Of a stretch of 64,000 nucleotides of DNA, positions 39,190 through 47,345 are shown piece after piece (position 1 is the first letter of the stretch; each line of letters begins with the position of its first letter). A program made the translations under genes and the position numbers. The DNA is taken from positions 1,118 through 65,117 of the forward strand of contig JACPJC010000009.1 in assembly GCA_016187745.1 (NCBI GenBank), written 5' to 3'. The stretch is from Candidatus Iainarchaeum sp. GTDB taxonomy: Archaea > Iainarchaeota > Iainarchaeia > Iainarchaeales > JAXPJC01. The notes beneath the pieces are model-generated. The model saw nothing but the letters and a program-made list of their open reading frames with translations, had not been told where the DNA came from and did not search any database.

Positions 39190-39578
39190 TCAGAAATCCA
39201 TCCGGAATTCAATGCCATGGTTCCTGAAGCCAAGGCGCCTGTAGAGTTCATGCACCCCCTTCCTCCGGTGCCTGCTGGTTGCTATAAGCTTGTAGCAGCT
39301 CTTTTTCTTTGCCAGTTTTATGGCATCATTGATCAGCGCCGTCCCTATGCCCTTTCCCCTTGCGCCTTCATCAACAAACAAATCCTCCAGAAGCCCGAAT
39401 GGGACTTTATGCAGGTCATTTTTCATGATGTAGAGGTATATCCTTCCAATCTCCCTGCCGTTTGCTCTGGCGGAAAGCCTTATGCCCCTGCAGCTTAACC
39501 TCCTGCTTTCTATCTTAATTGCGATTCCTCCTGCTGATGCTATTTGCCATATTTTCTGAACAGCTTTATGATGCTGAA
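39190..39578 (-). pseudogene. GNAT N-acetyltransferase remnant (N-terminally truncated)
   Basis: C-terminal half of a GNAT fold (VDEGARGKGIGTALIN = motif A). Frame stays open upstream to 39578 with no start codon and overlaps the 3' end of the eIF-2B-like gene, so the N-terminal half is missing. Confidence 0.4.
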
Positions 39579-40508
39579 ATCTGCTTCACTGTGCCTGTCA
39601 AGCCCAAGCCTTTCATACACAATTGCCGCAAAGCTGGCAGGCGCCAGGCACCCAAGCTCGCATATTATTTCCTTTATGTAAGTTGCGCGCGTAATGTCAA
39701 ATGCCGGATTCCTTATTTTCAAGTGTTTCATTTTTTTCTCCCAGATTTCAAGCGGGGGGCGCTCCTCGATTATTTCCAGCTCTCCGAAAGTTGTCAGGGG
39801 GTCAAACTTGTGCGAGGAGCACGCAACATAATGCGGAACATTTTCCTTTGCAGCGGCAAGCGAGATCTGCGCAGTGCCTATCTTGTTCACAACATCGCCG
39901 TTTGCAAGGATTGCATCCGCGCCCGTAATCAATAAATCAGCGCCGTGCATAAGGGGATAGGCCGCGGAATCAGCAATGATTGTAACTGGAATTCCGGATT
40001 TCGCAAGGTTTTCTGCGGTAATGCGCCCCTGCATTTTTGGGCGCGTTTCAGTGCATATAACCCCCTTGAGCCTTCTTTCCTTCCATGCCCTTTTCAGGAT
40101 TTCCTCGACTGTGTTTGAGTGGCAGTGCGTAAAAACAACCGCGCCTTTTGGGATTATGCCGGAGCCGAATTCAGCAATTTTTTCAAGCGCCTTTTTCCTG
40201 TCCGATTCATAGCTGTTGCAAGCGGATATTATTTTTTGCTTCAGCTCACGGGCAGAATCCGTTTTGGACTGCACCACCCTTAGGATTACCCTGAGCGCTG
40301 TGCGCATTTCGGGCTCGGTCGCCCTTGAGTTAAGGAAGAGAAGCATGCCCTGCTTTATCTCATTGCGCAGTTTCTCAGCGCTTCCGGCCCTGCTTTCCTG
40401 CGCCTCCCTTCTAATGGCTTCCACAACCGCAACCCTGACTTTTCCCGCGCCCTGTATTTTAAGCGCCTTAATGTCAGAAACAGTTTTTTTCAATTTTTTT
40501 CCAGGCAC
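39540..40508 (-). CDS. eIF-2B alpha/beta/delta-family protein, likely ribose-1,5-bisphosphate isomerase
   Basis: 322 aa; VFTHCHSNTV...ICTETRP...LLITGADAILANGDVVNKIGT pattern of the eIF-2B/MtnA/R15P-isomerase family; an AMP phosphorylase is encoded in the same window. Confidence 0.65.
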   Translation of the reverse strand: MPGKKLKKTVSDIKALKIQGAGKVRVAVVEAIRREAQESRAGSAEKLRNEIKQGMLLFLNSRATEPEMRTALRVILRVVQSKTDSARELKQKIISACNSYESDRKKALEKIAEFGSGIIPKGAVVFTHCHSNTVEEILKRAWKERRLKGVICTETRPKMQGRITAENLAKSGIPVTIIADSAAYPLMHGADLLITGADAILANGDVVNKIGTAQISLAAAKENVPHYVACSSHKFDPLTTFGELEIIEERPPLEIWEKKMKHLKIRNPAFDITRATYIKEIICELGCLAPASFAAIVYERLGLDRHSEADFSIIKLFRKYGK

Positions 40509-40599
40509 TTTATCACCGCGTTTTTTCTTCGGATAAAACCCAGGCTTTCTTTTTTCCTAAAAAAGAAAGGATTGGTTTATAAACACCCCAAGGTTTAAA

Positions 40600-40658
40600 A
40601 GGATGTTATTTTACAATTAATACATAGCCTATATTTAAGGTTTATTGAAAATTTCGGG
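40600..40658 (+). promoter_or_regulatory. Putative promoter of ftsZ-secE-spt5-rpl cluster (TATA-like CCTATATTTAAGG ~25 nt upstream of GTG start)
   Basis: AT-rich TATA-like element at ~40631-40643 in a 150-bp intergenic region. Confidence 0.3.
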
Positions 40659-41777
40659 GTGGTCTTTTTGAAGGGAATTGTGCAAAGGGCGCTGAAAACA
40701 GCAAAATACTCTGCACCCGTAAGGGGCAGGCACTCAGTAAAGGGCGATGATTCCTTGGGGAAGCTTCTTGAGTCCATAAAGGCGAAAATCCGCGTTGTTG
40801 GAGTTGGGGGAGGGGGCTGCAATACGCTTGAGAGGATGACTGAGATTGGCATACACGGCGCGGAAACTTTTGCTGTTAATACCGATGCGCAGGATTTATT
40901 GAATACGCTTGCAGACCGCAAGATACTTATCGGAAGGGAAGTAACGCGCGGCCTTGGCTCAGGCTCCGACCCTACAGTCGGGGAAGCCGCGGCGCGCGAG
41001 AGCTTCGACGATTTGAAGGAAATCCTTTCGGATTCCGACCTCATATTCATAACGTGCGGAATGGGCGGCGGCACAGGAACCGGCGCAGCGCCTATTGTTG
41101 CCGAATTGGCGCAGGATTTGAATGCGCTTACCGTTGCTGTTGTAACGCTCCCATTTACTGTTGAGGGAAGGAAAAGGATGGAGAACGCAATGGAGGGGCT
41201 TGCGAAAATGCGCAAGAACGCCGACACGATAATAATAATCCCGAATGACAAAATACTTGAGATTGCGCCCGACCTTCCAGTGAATGCCGCATTCAAGGTC
41301 GCGGATGAAGTGCTTACAAATGCCGTTAAGGGAATTACTGAAATGATAACAAAGCCGGGCCTGATAAATCTTGATTTCGCTGACCTGAAAACAATACTGA
41401 AAAAAGGCGGCGCAGCAATGATAGGGCTTGGGGAAAGCCAGAGCGAAAGGGCAGCGGATTCCCGCGCATTAGAGGCTGTTGAAAATGCGCTTACTTCCCC
41501 ATTGCTTGATGTTGACATTTCAGGGGCGAACCGCGCATTGGTGAATGTTGTGGGGGGGCAGGACATGACTTTGAGGGAAGCTGAAATGATTGTTGAGGCG
41601 GTTTCAGCGAAAATAAACTCAAATGCGCACATAATATGGGGCGCGATGATAAGCGATGACTTGCCCAAGAACCAGATACAGGCGATGATTGTGATTGCGG
41701 GAGGGCGCTTCCCCTTCCTTGACCACGCGGCAACAGAATCCGGGGAGCTTGATTTGGGCATAGAATTCACAGATTAA
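40659..41777 (+). CDS. ftsZ: Cell division GTPase FtsZ
   Basis: IRVVGVGGGGCN, tubulin signature CGMGGGTGTGAAP, T7 loop region NLDFADL; GTG start. Confidence 0.9.
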   Translation: MVFLKGIVQRALKTAKYSAPVRGRHSVKGDDSLGKLLESIKAKIRVVGVGGGGCNTLERMTEIGIHGAETFAVNTDAQDLLNTLADRKILIGREVTRGLGSGSDPTVGEAAARESFDDLKEILSDSDLIFITCGMGGGTGTGAAPIVAELAQDLNALTVAVVTLPFTVEGRKRMENAMEGLAKMRKNADTIIIIPNDKILEIAPDLPVNAAFKVADEVLTNAVKGITEMITKPGLINLDFADLKTILKKGGAAMIGLGESQSERAADSRALEAVENALTSPLLDVDISGANRALVNVVGGQDMTLREAEMIVEAVSAKINSNAHIIWGAMISDDLPKNQIQAMIVIAGGRFPFLDHAATESGELDLGIEFTD

Positions 41778-41905
41778 CCAATCCCTTTTCTTTTAGGAAA
41801 AGGAAAGGTCTAGGTTTTATCCCAAAAGAAAAACCAAGGAAAAAATAATTTTGAAGTTATCCAAAAAGAAAATAACTTTCAGGGAAAAATATAAAAAATC
41901 AGAGG

Positions 41906-42127
41906 TTGATTAAAATGTACGGCACAGAGCAAACGGGCAAAGTTACAATAAGGCAGAGGATTTCTGAATTCATCGGGACGAGCAGGCGCATATTGATTGT
42001 CTCCCAGAAGCCTAGCTGGCTTGAATACAAGACCATGGCCAAAATTACCGCGCTCGGGATTGCGCTCATTGCGGTTATTGATTATGTTATAACCCTGGCC
42101 TTCAGGCTGCTCGGCCTTGGCATATGA
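41906..42127 (+). CDS. secE: Preprotein translocase subunit SecE/Sec61-gamma
   Basis: 73 aa with single C-terminal TM helix (ITALGIALIAVIDYVITLAF); conserved position upstream of spt5. Confidence 0.7.
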   Translation: MIKMYGTEQTGKVTIRQRISEFIGTSRRILIVSQKPSWLEYKTMAKITALGIALIAVIDYVITLAFRLLGLGI

Positions 42128-42206
42128 GCCCAATTAACCCCTTTATAAACCTTTATATTTTATATTTTTATATCAAATATTCGCTGATTGTTTTGGATGA
42201 TTTGAA

Positions 42207-42647
42207 ATGATTTTCACTGTGCGCACAACTGTTGGGCAGGAGAGTTTGGTAGTGGACATTCTCGCGAACAAAATCCACAAGGAAGAGCTTAATATCTACT
42301 CGCTTGTTGTTGTGCCCGGCATAAAGGGCTACATACTTGCGGAAGCTGACAATGAAATGACCGTAAGAAGGGGAATTACAAACACCCCCCACATAAAGGG
42401 GAAGGGCGTTGTCGGCGGAGAAGTAAAAATTGCAGAGCTTTCCTCAATACTTGAATCAAAGCCCCTTATGAAATCAATAAAGGAAGGCCAGGTTGTTGAG
42501 ATTGCTGCCGGCCCATTCAAGGGGGAGAAGGCGCGCGTCATAAGGGTGAATGAGACAAAAGAGGAAATTACAGTTGAACTGCTTGAAGCGGCGGTTAAGA
42601 TCCCGGTTACAATAAGCGCGCAGCAGATAAGGGTTTTGGGGGAATGA
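42207..42647 (+). CDS. spt5: Transcription elongation factor Spt5/NusG
   Basis: NGN domain N-terminus and KOW motif GQVVEIAAGPFKGEKARV. Confidence 0.85.
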   Translation: MIFTVRTTVGQESLVVDILANKIHKEELNIYSLVVVPGIKGYILAEADNEMTVRRGITNTPHIKGKGVVGGEVKIAELSSILESKPLMKSIKEGQVVEIAAGPFKGEKARVIRVNETKEEITVELLEAAVKIPVTISAQQIRVLGE

Positions 42648-42650
42648 AAA

Positions 42651-42902
42651 ATGAAGGCGCCCATAAAAAAAGCTAAGATAATAAAAATAAGAATGACTGC
42701 CAGAAATCCATACAACATATCACAATTAATTGATTTGCAAAAAAAACTTCCAAGTGAAATTGAAAAATTACATAGGAAATATGAGAAACTTTCAGAATCA
42801 GCTGATGTAAATAAAATAGGAGAATTCAAAAGAGTCAAGGCAGTTCTGTTGAAATGTATTAAAGTAGAAAGGCAGATTAATGAAATTCTTACTGGAAAAT
42901 GA
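42651..42902 (+). CDS. Hypothetical Lys-rich 83-aa protein inserted between spt5 and rpl11
   Basis: ORF exactly fills the spt5-rpl11 gap (starts 4 nt after spt5 stop, ends 13 nt before rpl11); markedly AT-rich relative to flanks. Confidence 0.4.
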   Translation: MKAPIKKAKIIKIRMTARNPYNISQLIDLQKKLPSEIEKLHRKYEKLSESADVNKIGEFKRVKAVLLKCIKVERQINEILTGK

Positions 42903-42914
42903 GGAAATGAAAAT

Positions 42915-43403
42915 ATGCCTGAAGTGAAAGTTCTGGTTGAAGGGGGAAAGGCAACGCCTGCGCCTCCGCTTGGGCCGAGTTTAGCCCCATTAGGAGTGAA
43001 TATCGGCGAGATTGTGAAGCAGATAAACGAGAAGACAAAGGAATTCGCGGGAATGAAAGTCCCTGTAACCGTTGCTGTGGATTCCGCAACAAAGGATTTT
43101 GAGATAAAAATCGGAAGCCCGCCAGCAAGCGAATTGATAAAGCGCGAGATTAAGATCCAGAAAGGCGCGGCAAACCCCAAAACCGAGGAAGCGGGGAACA
43201 TCAAGATTGAGCAGCTGCTGAAAGTAACTAAAATGAAATTCCAGAACATGAATTCCTACAGGATGAAAAGCGCTGTTAAGGAGATTGCGGGAACCTGCGC
43301 AAGCCTAGGGATAAGGGTTGATGGGAAGAAGGCAAGGGAATTCCAGAAGGATGTAGATGAGGGCAAGTACGATGCTGCCATAGAGCAGGCGGGCGCTGCG
43401 TAG
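42915..43403 (+). CDS. rpl11: 50S ribosomal protein L11
   Basis: MPEVKVLVEGGKATPAPPLGPSLAPLGVNIGEIVKQIN - canonical L11 N-terminus. Confidence 0.9.
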   Translation: MPEVKVLVEGGKATPAPPLGPSLAPLGVNIGEIVKQINEKTKEFAGMKVPVTVAVDSATKDFEIKIGSPPASELIKREIKIQKGAANPKTEEAGNIKIEQLLKVTKMKFQNMNSYRMKSAVKEIAGTCASLGIRVDGKKAREFQKDVDEGKYDAAIEQAGAA

Positions 43404-43476
43404 TGTTTATAAATATTCCCGTATGTGAATTAGTATAGTTTTGCCGGAATTACTGCCATTTGGCAGGAGGTTTTTT

Positions 43477-44143
43477 TGTGAATTCGCAGGATTTTCTAGC
43501 AGCTGTGCAGAAAATGCGCTCTGGCGCCGAAAAGCGCAAATTCAGGCAGGCTGTTGATTTGGCAATAAATTTCAAGGACATGGACTTCAGCAAGCCCGAC
43601 AACAGGATAGAGCTGAGCATAAAGCTTCCTCATGCGTATAAGGCCGGCACTTCAAGGGCTGTTGTATTTGCAAGGGACAAGGGATTTGCCTCCGCGCTTT
43701 CGGGAAAGGCGAAGGTAATACTTGAGAATGAGATTCCCGCGCTTGACAAGAAGGCAGTTGAAGCCCTGCTTAATGAATATGATGTTTTCCTTGCCGAGGG
43801 GCCTGTAATGCTTTCAGTTGGAAAATACCTCGGGCAGCAGCTGGCGCCAAAGGGAAAAATGCCCAAGCCTGTAAATGCTGATGTGAAGGCTTTTGATTCA
43901 ATGCTGGCAAGCGCCTCCGGCAGCGCGAAATTGGGCAACAAGAAGGGAAAGAACATGCCTGTTGTTCATTCAGCAATAGGCAATGAGGAAATGCCTGATG
44001 AGAAGCTTGCGGAAAATGCATTTGCGGTTTATTCTGCGGTTCTTGCGGAACTCCCCTCAGGCGAGCAGAACATCAAATCCATTTATATGAAACTTACAAT
44101 GGGCCCCGCGATAAAGATAGGGGAAAAGGCAAACAAGGAATGA
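43477..44143 (+). CDS. rpl1: 50S ribosomal protein L1
   Basis: L1 pattern (FRQAVDLAINFKD...). Probable GTG start at 43477, 7 nt after a GGAGG SD at 43465-43470; the ORF track's TTG start at 43460 is probably an over-extension. Confidence 0.85.
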
Positions 44144-44147
44144 AATC

Positions 44148-45002
44148 ATGGCTAAAATGCACACAAGGGCATGGAAGGAGAATGAGCTTAAGGACGTTGC
44201 CTCGCTTATTGGGAAGTATTCTGTCATAGGGGTTGCGGACCTTGAGAATTTCCCTGCGGATTTGTTCCAGAAACTGCGCAAGCAGCTTAATGGGAAGGTT
44301 GAATTTACAGTTTCAAAGCAGCGCGTAATTAAGAAAGCATTTGAGCAGTCAAAGCTTAAGGAAAGTGGCCTGCTTGATTCAATAAAAGGAAGCTGCGCGA
44401 TAATTGCAACAAACCTCAATCCCTTTGAGCTTTATGCAATCCTCAAGAAGAATTCTGGCAAGATAGGCGCAAAGCCAGGAATCATTGCGCCTTTTGATAT
44501 TATTGTTCCTGCCGGAGACACAGGACTTCCTCCCGGCCCCGCACTAAGCGACCTAAAGCAGGCAGGCCTTCCTGTAAAGGTGCAGGGCGCGACAATATCA
44601 ATTCCCGAGGATACGGTTGTTGCGAAGAAGGGGGAAATAATAAAGCCGGTTGTTGCTAGCACGCTTGCGAAATTAGACATAAAGCCGATAAAGGTAATGC
44701 TTAATCTGGTTTGCGCATACGAATCAGGCCAGCTCTACAAGGCAGAAGTTCTTGATATGGACATTGAGGAGCAGACAGCAAAATTCTGCACTGCGCACAG
44801 GAATGCGCTTGCGGTTGCGCTTGAAATCGCATACTGCGCAAGTGCGACAACTCCATTGCTCCTGCAGAAGGCGCACAGGAATGCGCTTGCGGTTGCGCTT
44901 GAGAGCTCATTCCCCGAAAAGGATGTCCTGCCATTGCTCCTGCAGAGGGCTGAAATGCAGGCGAATGCAATAAAGGCGAAAATTCCAGAGGTTAGCGCTT
45001 AG
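44148..45002 (+). CDS. rpl10: 50S ribosomal protein L10 (acidic ribosomal protein P0); contains a 2x78-bp in-frame tandem duplication near the 3' end
   Basis: WKENELKDVASLIGKYSVIGVADLENFPA...LRKQL N-terminus typical of archaeal P0. Confidence 0.85.
   Translation: MAKMHTRAWKENELKDVASLIGKYSVIGVADLENFPADLFQKLRKQLNGKVEFTVSKQRVIKKAFEQSKLKESGLLDSIKGSCAIIATNLNPFELYAILKKNSGKIGAKPGIIAPFDIIVPAGDTGLPPGPALSDLKQAGLPVKVQGATISIPEDTVVAKKGEIIKPVVASTLAKLDIKPIKVMLNLVCAYESGQLYKAEVLDMDIEEQTAKFCTAHRNALAVALEIAYCASATTPLLLQKAHRNALAVALESSFPEKDVLPLLLQRAEMQANAIKAKIPEVSA
44793..44948 (+). repeat. 2 x 78-bp in-frame tandem duplication in rpl10 (P0)
   Basis: GCGCACAGGAATGCGCTTGCGGTTGCGCTTGA...CCATTGCTCCTGCAGAAG repeated with minor divergence; encodes AHRNALAVALE..PLLLQK twice. 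Confidence 0.75.
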
Positions 45003-45031
45003 CAATTATTGAATGAAACGGAGGTCAGAAA

Positions 45032-45328
45032 ATGGAATACATATACACGGCAATGTTGCTGCATGCAGCAAAGAAGGACATAACGGAAACGGCAGTGGAA
45101 AAAACACTCGAGGCGGCAGGAATCAAGGCTGATTCTGCAAAGGCAAAGGCTTTGGTTGCTTCACTCAAGGACATAAACATAGATGAGGCAATAAAGTCCG
45201 CGGTTTTCGCAGCGCCAGCAGCAGCGGCAGCGCCAGCAGAAGGCAAATCAGCAAAGAAGGAAGAGAAGAAGGAAGAGCACAAGACAGAGGAAGAGGCAGC
45301 AGCAGGCCTGGGCGCGCTCTTTGGGTAA
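45032..45328 (+). CDS. rpl12: 50S ribosomal protein L12 (P1)
   Basis: MEYIYTAMLLHAA... Ala-rich hinge, C-terminal EEKKEE...GLGALFG tail. Confidence 0.85.
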   Translation: MEYIYTAMLLHAAKKDITETAVEKTLEAAGIKADSAKAKALVASLKDINIDEAIKSAVFAAPAAAAAPAEGKSAKKEEKKEEHKTEEEAAAGLGALFG

Positions 45329-45346
45329 TTTTTGCAAAATTTATTT
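45329..45346. terminator. T-rich convergent intergenic region (putative archaeal oligo-T terminator for the rpl operon and the TrmB-like gene)
   Basis: TTTTTGCAAAATTTATTTTTATTTTGC between convergent genes. Confidence 0.3.
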
Positions 45347-46069
45347 TTATTTTGCAACTTCCCAGAGTAGCCCAAACTGTTTTCTGTAAGCATCAGCTAT
45401 TTCCTTGTTTCTGATGATGATCAGGTGGCTTGGCTGGCCCCACAGGTATATTTGGATATTGTCGCCATAAATCTGGGTTGGATTGGGATTAAAGAACTTT
45501 TCAGGAATTTTCCTGTATTGGGTTGTTTTGCGTTTAAAGATTCCTTTTCCCCCTTCCTTAATAATTACTCTTTCTTTAATTCCAAACCGTTTCAAGTCAT
45601 GTTCATATAGTTTTACTGCAAGACTGTCCTCGGCCAATGGGATTGATTCGTCTACTGCAGTAGACAAAACCTCGCCCTTGGTTTTCTTCAGGGAGCTGAT
45701 GATATCTTTCAGGCCCACCCTAATCACATTCCTGCCTTTATAAGTTTCGACTATCAGCTTGTCTTGGACTTGTTTTTGTAAATTGGCCAGCTCAGGCAAC
45801 AATTGCTTGAATTGCTCAACTTCATCAGATAAATATTCTAAAATAATTTCAGGATTTACTGCCTTAAAAATCAGGTGCTTCCCCTCCTTTGCACTGCTCA
45901 CAAAGCCTTTCTCACCAAGCCTGTTTAATGCGTCATAACAGGCCTGCCTGTACAAACCGGTTTTTTTGGCCAATTCATAAACAGACAACTGGTTATTTCC
46001 CAATAAAGTCAAGTAAATGCTGGTCTCATAATCCGTTAAGCCAACCCTCTTCAGGAGTTCTTTATCCAT
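45347..46069 (-). CDS. TrmB-family transcriptional regulator
   Basis: N-terminal winged HTH LGLTDYETSIYLTLLGNNQLSVYELAKKTGLYRQACYDALNRLGEKGFV characteristic of TrmB; 240 aa. Confidence 0.7.
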   Translation of the reverse strand: MDKELLKRVGLTDYETSIYLTLLGNNQLSVYELAKKTGLYRQACYDALNRLGEKGFVSSAKEGKHLIFKAVNPEIILEYLSDEVEQFKQLLPELANLQKQVQDKLIVETYKGRNVIRVGLKDIISSLKKTKGEVLSTAVDESIPLAEDSLAVKLYEHDLKRFGIKERVIIKEGGKGIFKRKTTQYRKIPEKFFNPNPTQIYGDNIQIYLWGQPSHLIIIRNKEIADAYRKQFGLLWEVAK

Positions 46070-46125
46070 TGTAATATGAAATCATACGAATCAAATATAA
46101 ATCTATCCGAAGCAGAATATACTTT

Positions 46126-47259
46126 ATGAAATTAGATGTTAAGGCGTTTAACGGAGAGATGCTTCAGCCATTGCTTATTCTGGAGACTGAAAACTTTTGT
46201 GCTAATGCTAAGGAGCCATGCAAGCATTGCTCTGTTGAAGCCTTTTCGAATGTTTCAGAAGAAAGCATTGATTTTAACAAGGCTGTTGATGAGTTCATTG
46301 CCTTGTCTAATGGCGAAGGACACGTTGTTTTCAAGAATGGTGCGGGCGCTCTTGGAAACAAAGAGCTTTCATTAATCAGGAAATGCATTGAAAATGGCCT
46401 GGATGTTTCAATAACTACCGAAGGGGTTTTTGTTAGTGAGAAATTTGAAGAGGGAATAGGTGTTTTATTAAGGCGGTTTCCCGGAAAGATCAGCTATACT
46501 GTCTCATTGGATGGTTCAACCAAAGAGGTTTATGGACTTATAAGGCAAGAAAAGTACTTTGAGAAGGCCTGTGAATTCATTAAAAAACAGGTTGATAAAG
46601 GGATTTTTGTCTCAACAAACTTTGTAGTGCATAAAGGGAATGTAAATCACATCCCGGAATATGCTGATTTTGCAGTTCATGAATTAGGAGTCAAAAGAAT
46701 TAATTTCCTTCAATTAGGTCTGGCCGGGAATGCGCTCAAAAACCGCCTGGAAACAGCCGGACCAAAAGACTTCTTTGAGCAAATAATAAATCTCTTTGAA
46801 AAGGGAGATGCTGAAATAAATGATGCTTTAGAGAGCACCTTTGTTAAAGCAATTCAGGATTTGCAGGCTAGCCCCAATAAGCACTTCGCCTGCGAAGGTT
46901 GTGTTGCCGGAAGCAAAAATTTTGCTTTCATTAGGAGCAACGGTGGGATTTATCCCTGCTCAAGCCTTGAAGCACCCGGCTTCCTGGCGGGAAACATTAA
47001 AACAACAAGCCTTGAAGAGGCGATGAAAGGCAATGCCTTCAAGAAAGCAAGAAAACTTGCATTACGGCTTAAAGGGAACTATCCTGTAGTTAATATTTGC
47101 CCCGGAAGAAACGTTTCTATTGAGAAAGACAAGGAATTAGCCGAGTATATACGATCTTATTTGGATAAACAATTTATCACTCAAAACGTATTAAAAAAAA
47201 ACAGCAGCAGCCTGCTTCAACAGGGCATACTGACTGTCTGCTTCAACAGGGCATTCTAA
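46126..47259 (+). CDS. Divergent radical SAM-like protein with C-terminal SPASM domain
   Basis: Non-canonical Cx6CxxC (FCANAKEPCKHC) at the radical SAM cluster position, degenerate GGE motif (FKNGAGALG), VSLDG motif, and clear SPASM motif CEGCVAGSKNFAFIRSNGGIYPC...ICPG. Confidence 0.55.
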   Translation: MKLDVKAFNGEMLQPLLILETENFCANAKEPCKHCSVEAFSNVSEESIDFNKAVDEFIALSNGEGHVVFKNGAGALGNKELSLIRKCIENGLDVSITTEGVFVSEKFEEGIGVLLRRFPGKISYTVSLDGSTKEVYGLIRQEKYFEKACEFIKKQVDKGIFVSTNFVVHKGNVNHIPEYADFAVHELGVKRINFLQLGLAGNALKNRLETAGPKDFFEQIINLFEKGDAEINDALESTFVKAIQDLQASPNKHFACEGCVAGSKNFAFIRSNGGIYPCSSLEAPGFLAGNIKTTSLEEAMKGNAFKKARKLALRLKGNYPVVNICPGRNVSIEKDKELAEYIRSYLDKQFITQNVLKKNSSSLLQQGILTVCFNRAF

Positions 47260-47280
47260 CGGCCTGCTTCAACAGGGCAT
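47212..47280 (+). repeat. Three tandem 26-bp direct repeats (17-bp core CTGCTTCAACAGGGCAT + 9-bp variable)
   Basis: Cores at 47212-47228, 47238-47254, 47264-47280, exact 26-bp periodicity, spanning the stop codon of the radical SAM/SPASM gene and lying 66 nt upstream of the Lon-domain gene start. Confidence 0.8.
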
Positions 47281-47345
47281 GGTAGCAGCACCGCACACCC
47301 ATAGCAAAAAGGTTTTAAAGCACTTCAGCCTAATTCTAACCGGGT

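Noticed and set aside
40595-41770. 391-aa ORF on the minus strand fully overlapping ftsZ
   Set aside because: It is the antisense shadow of a GC-balanced, Gly/Ala-rich gene and has low-complexity Ser/Ala/Pro content with no motifs. The plus-strand FtsZ has unmistakable tubulin/GGGTGTG signatures.
42128-42206. Potential tRNA or small RNA between secE and spt5
   Set aside because: The sequence is an AT-rich homopolymeric tract (TATATTTTATATTTTTATATCAAATATT) with no cloverleaf potential. It is more likely a promoter or spacer.
47212-47280. Possible mini-CRISPR array
   Set aside because: There are only three copies, the repeat is 17 bp with 9-bp spacers (far below CRISPR sizes), and there are no cas genes nearby. 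It is interpreted as an iteron or regulatory array instead.
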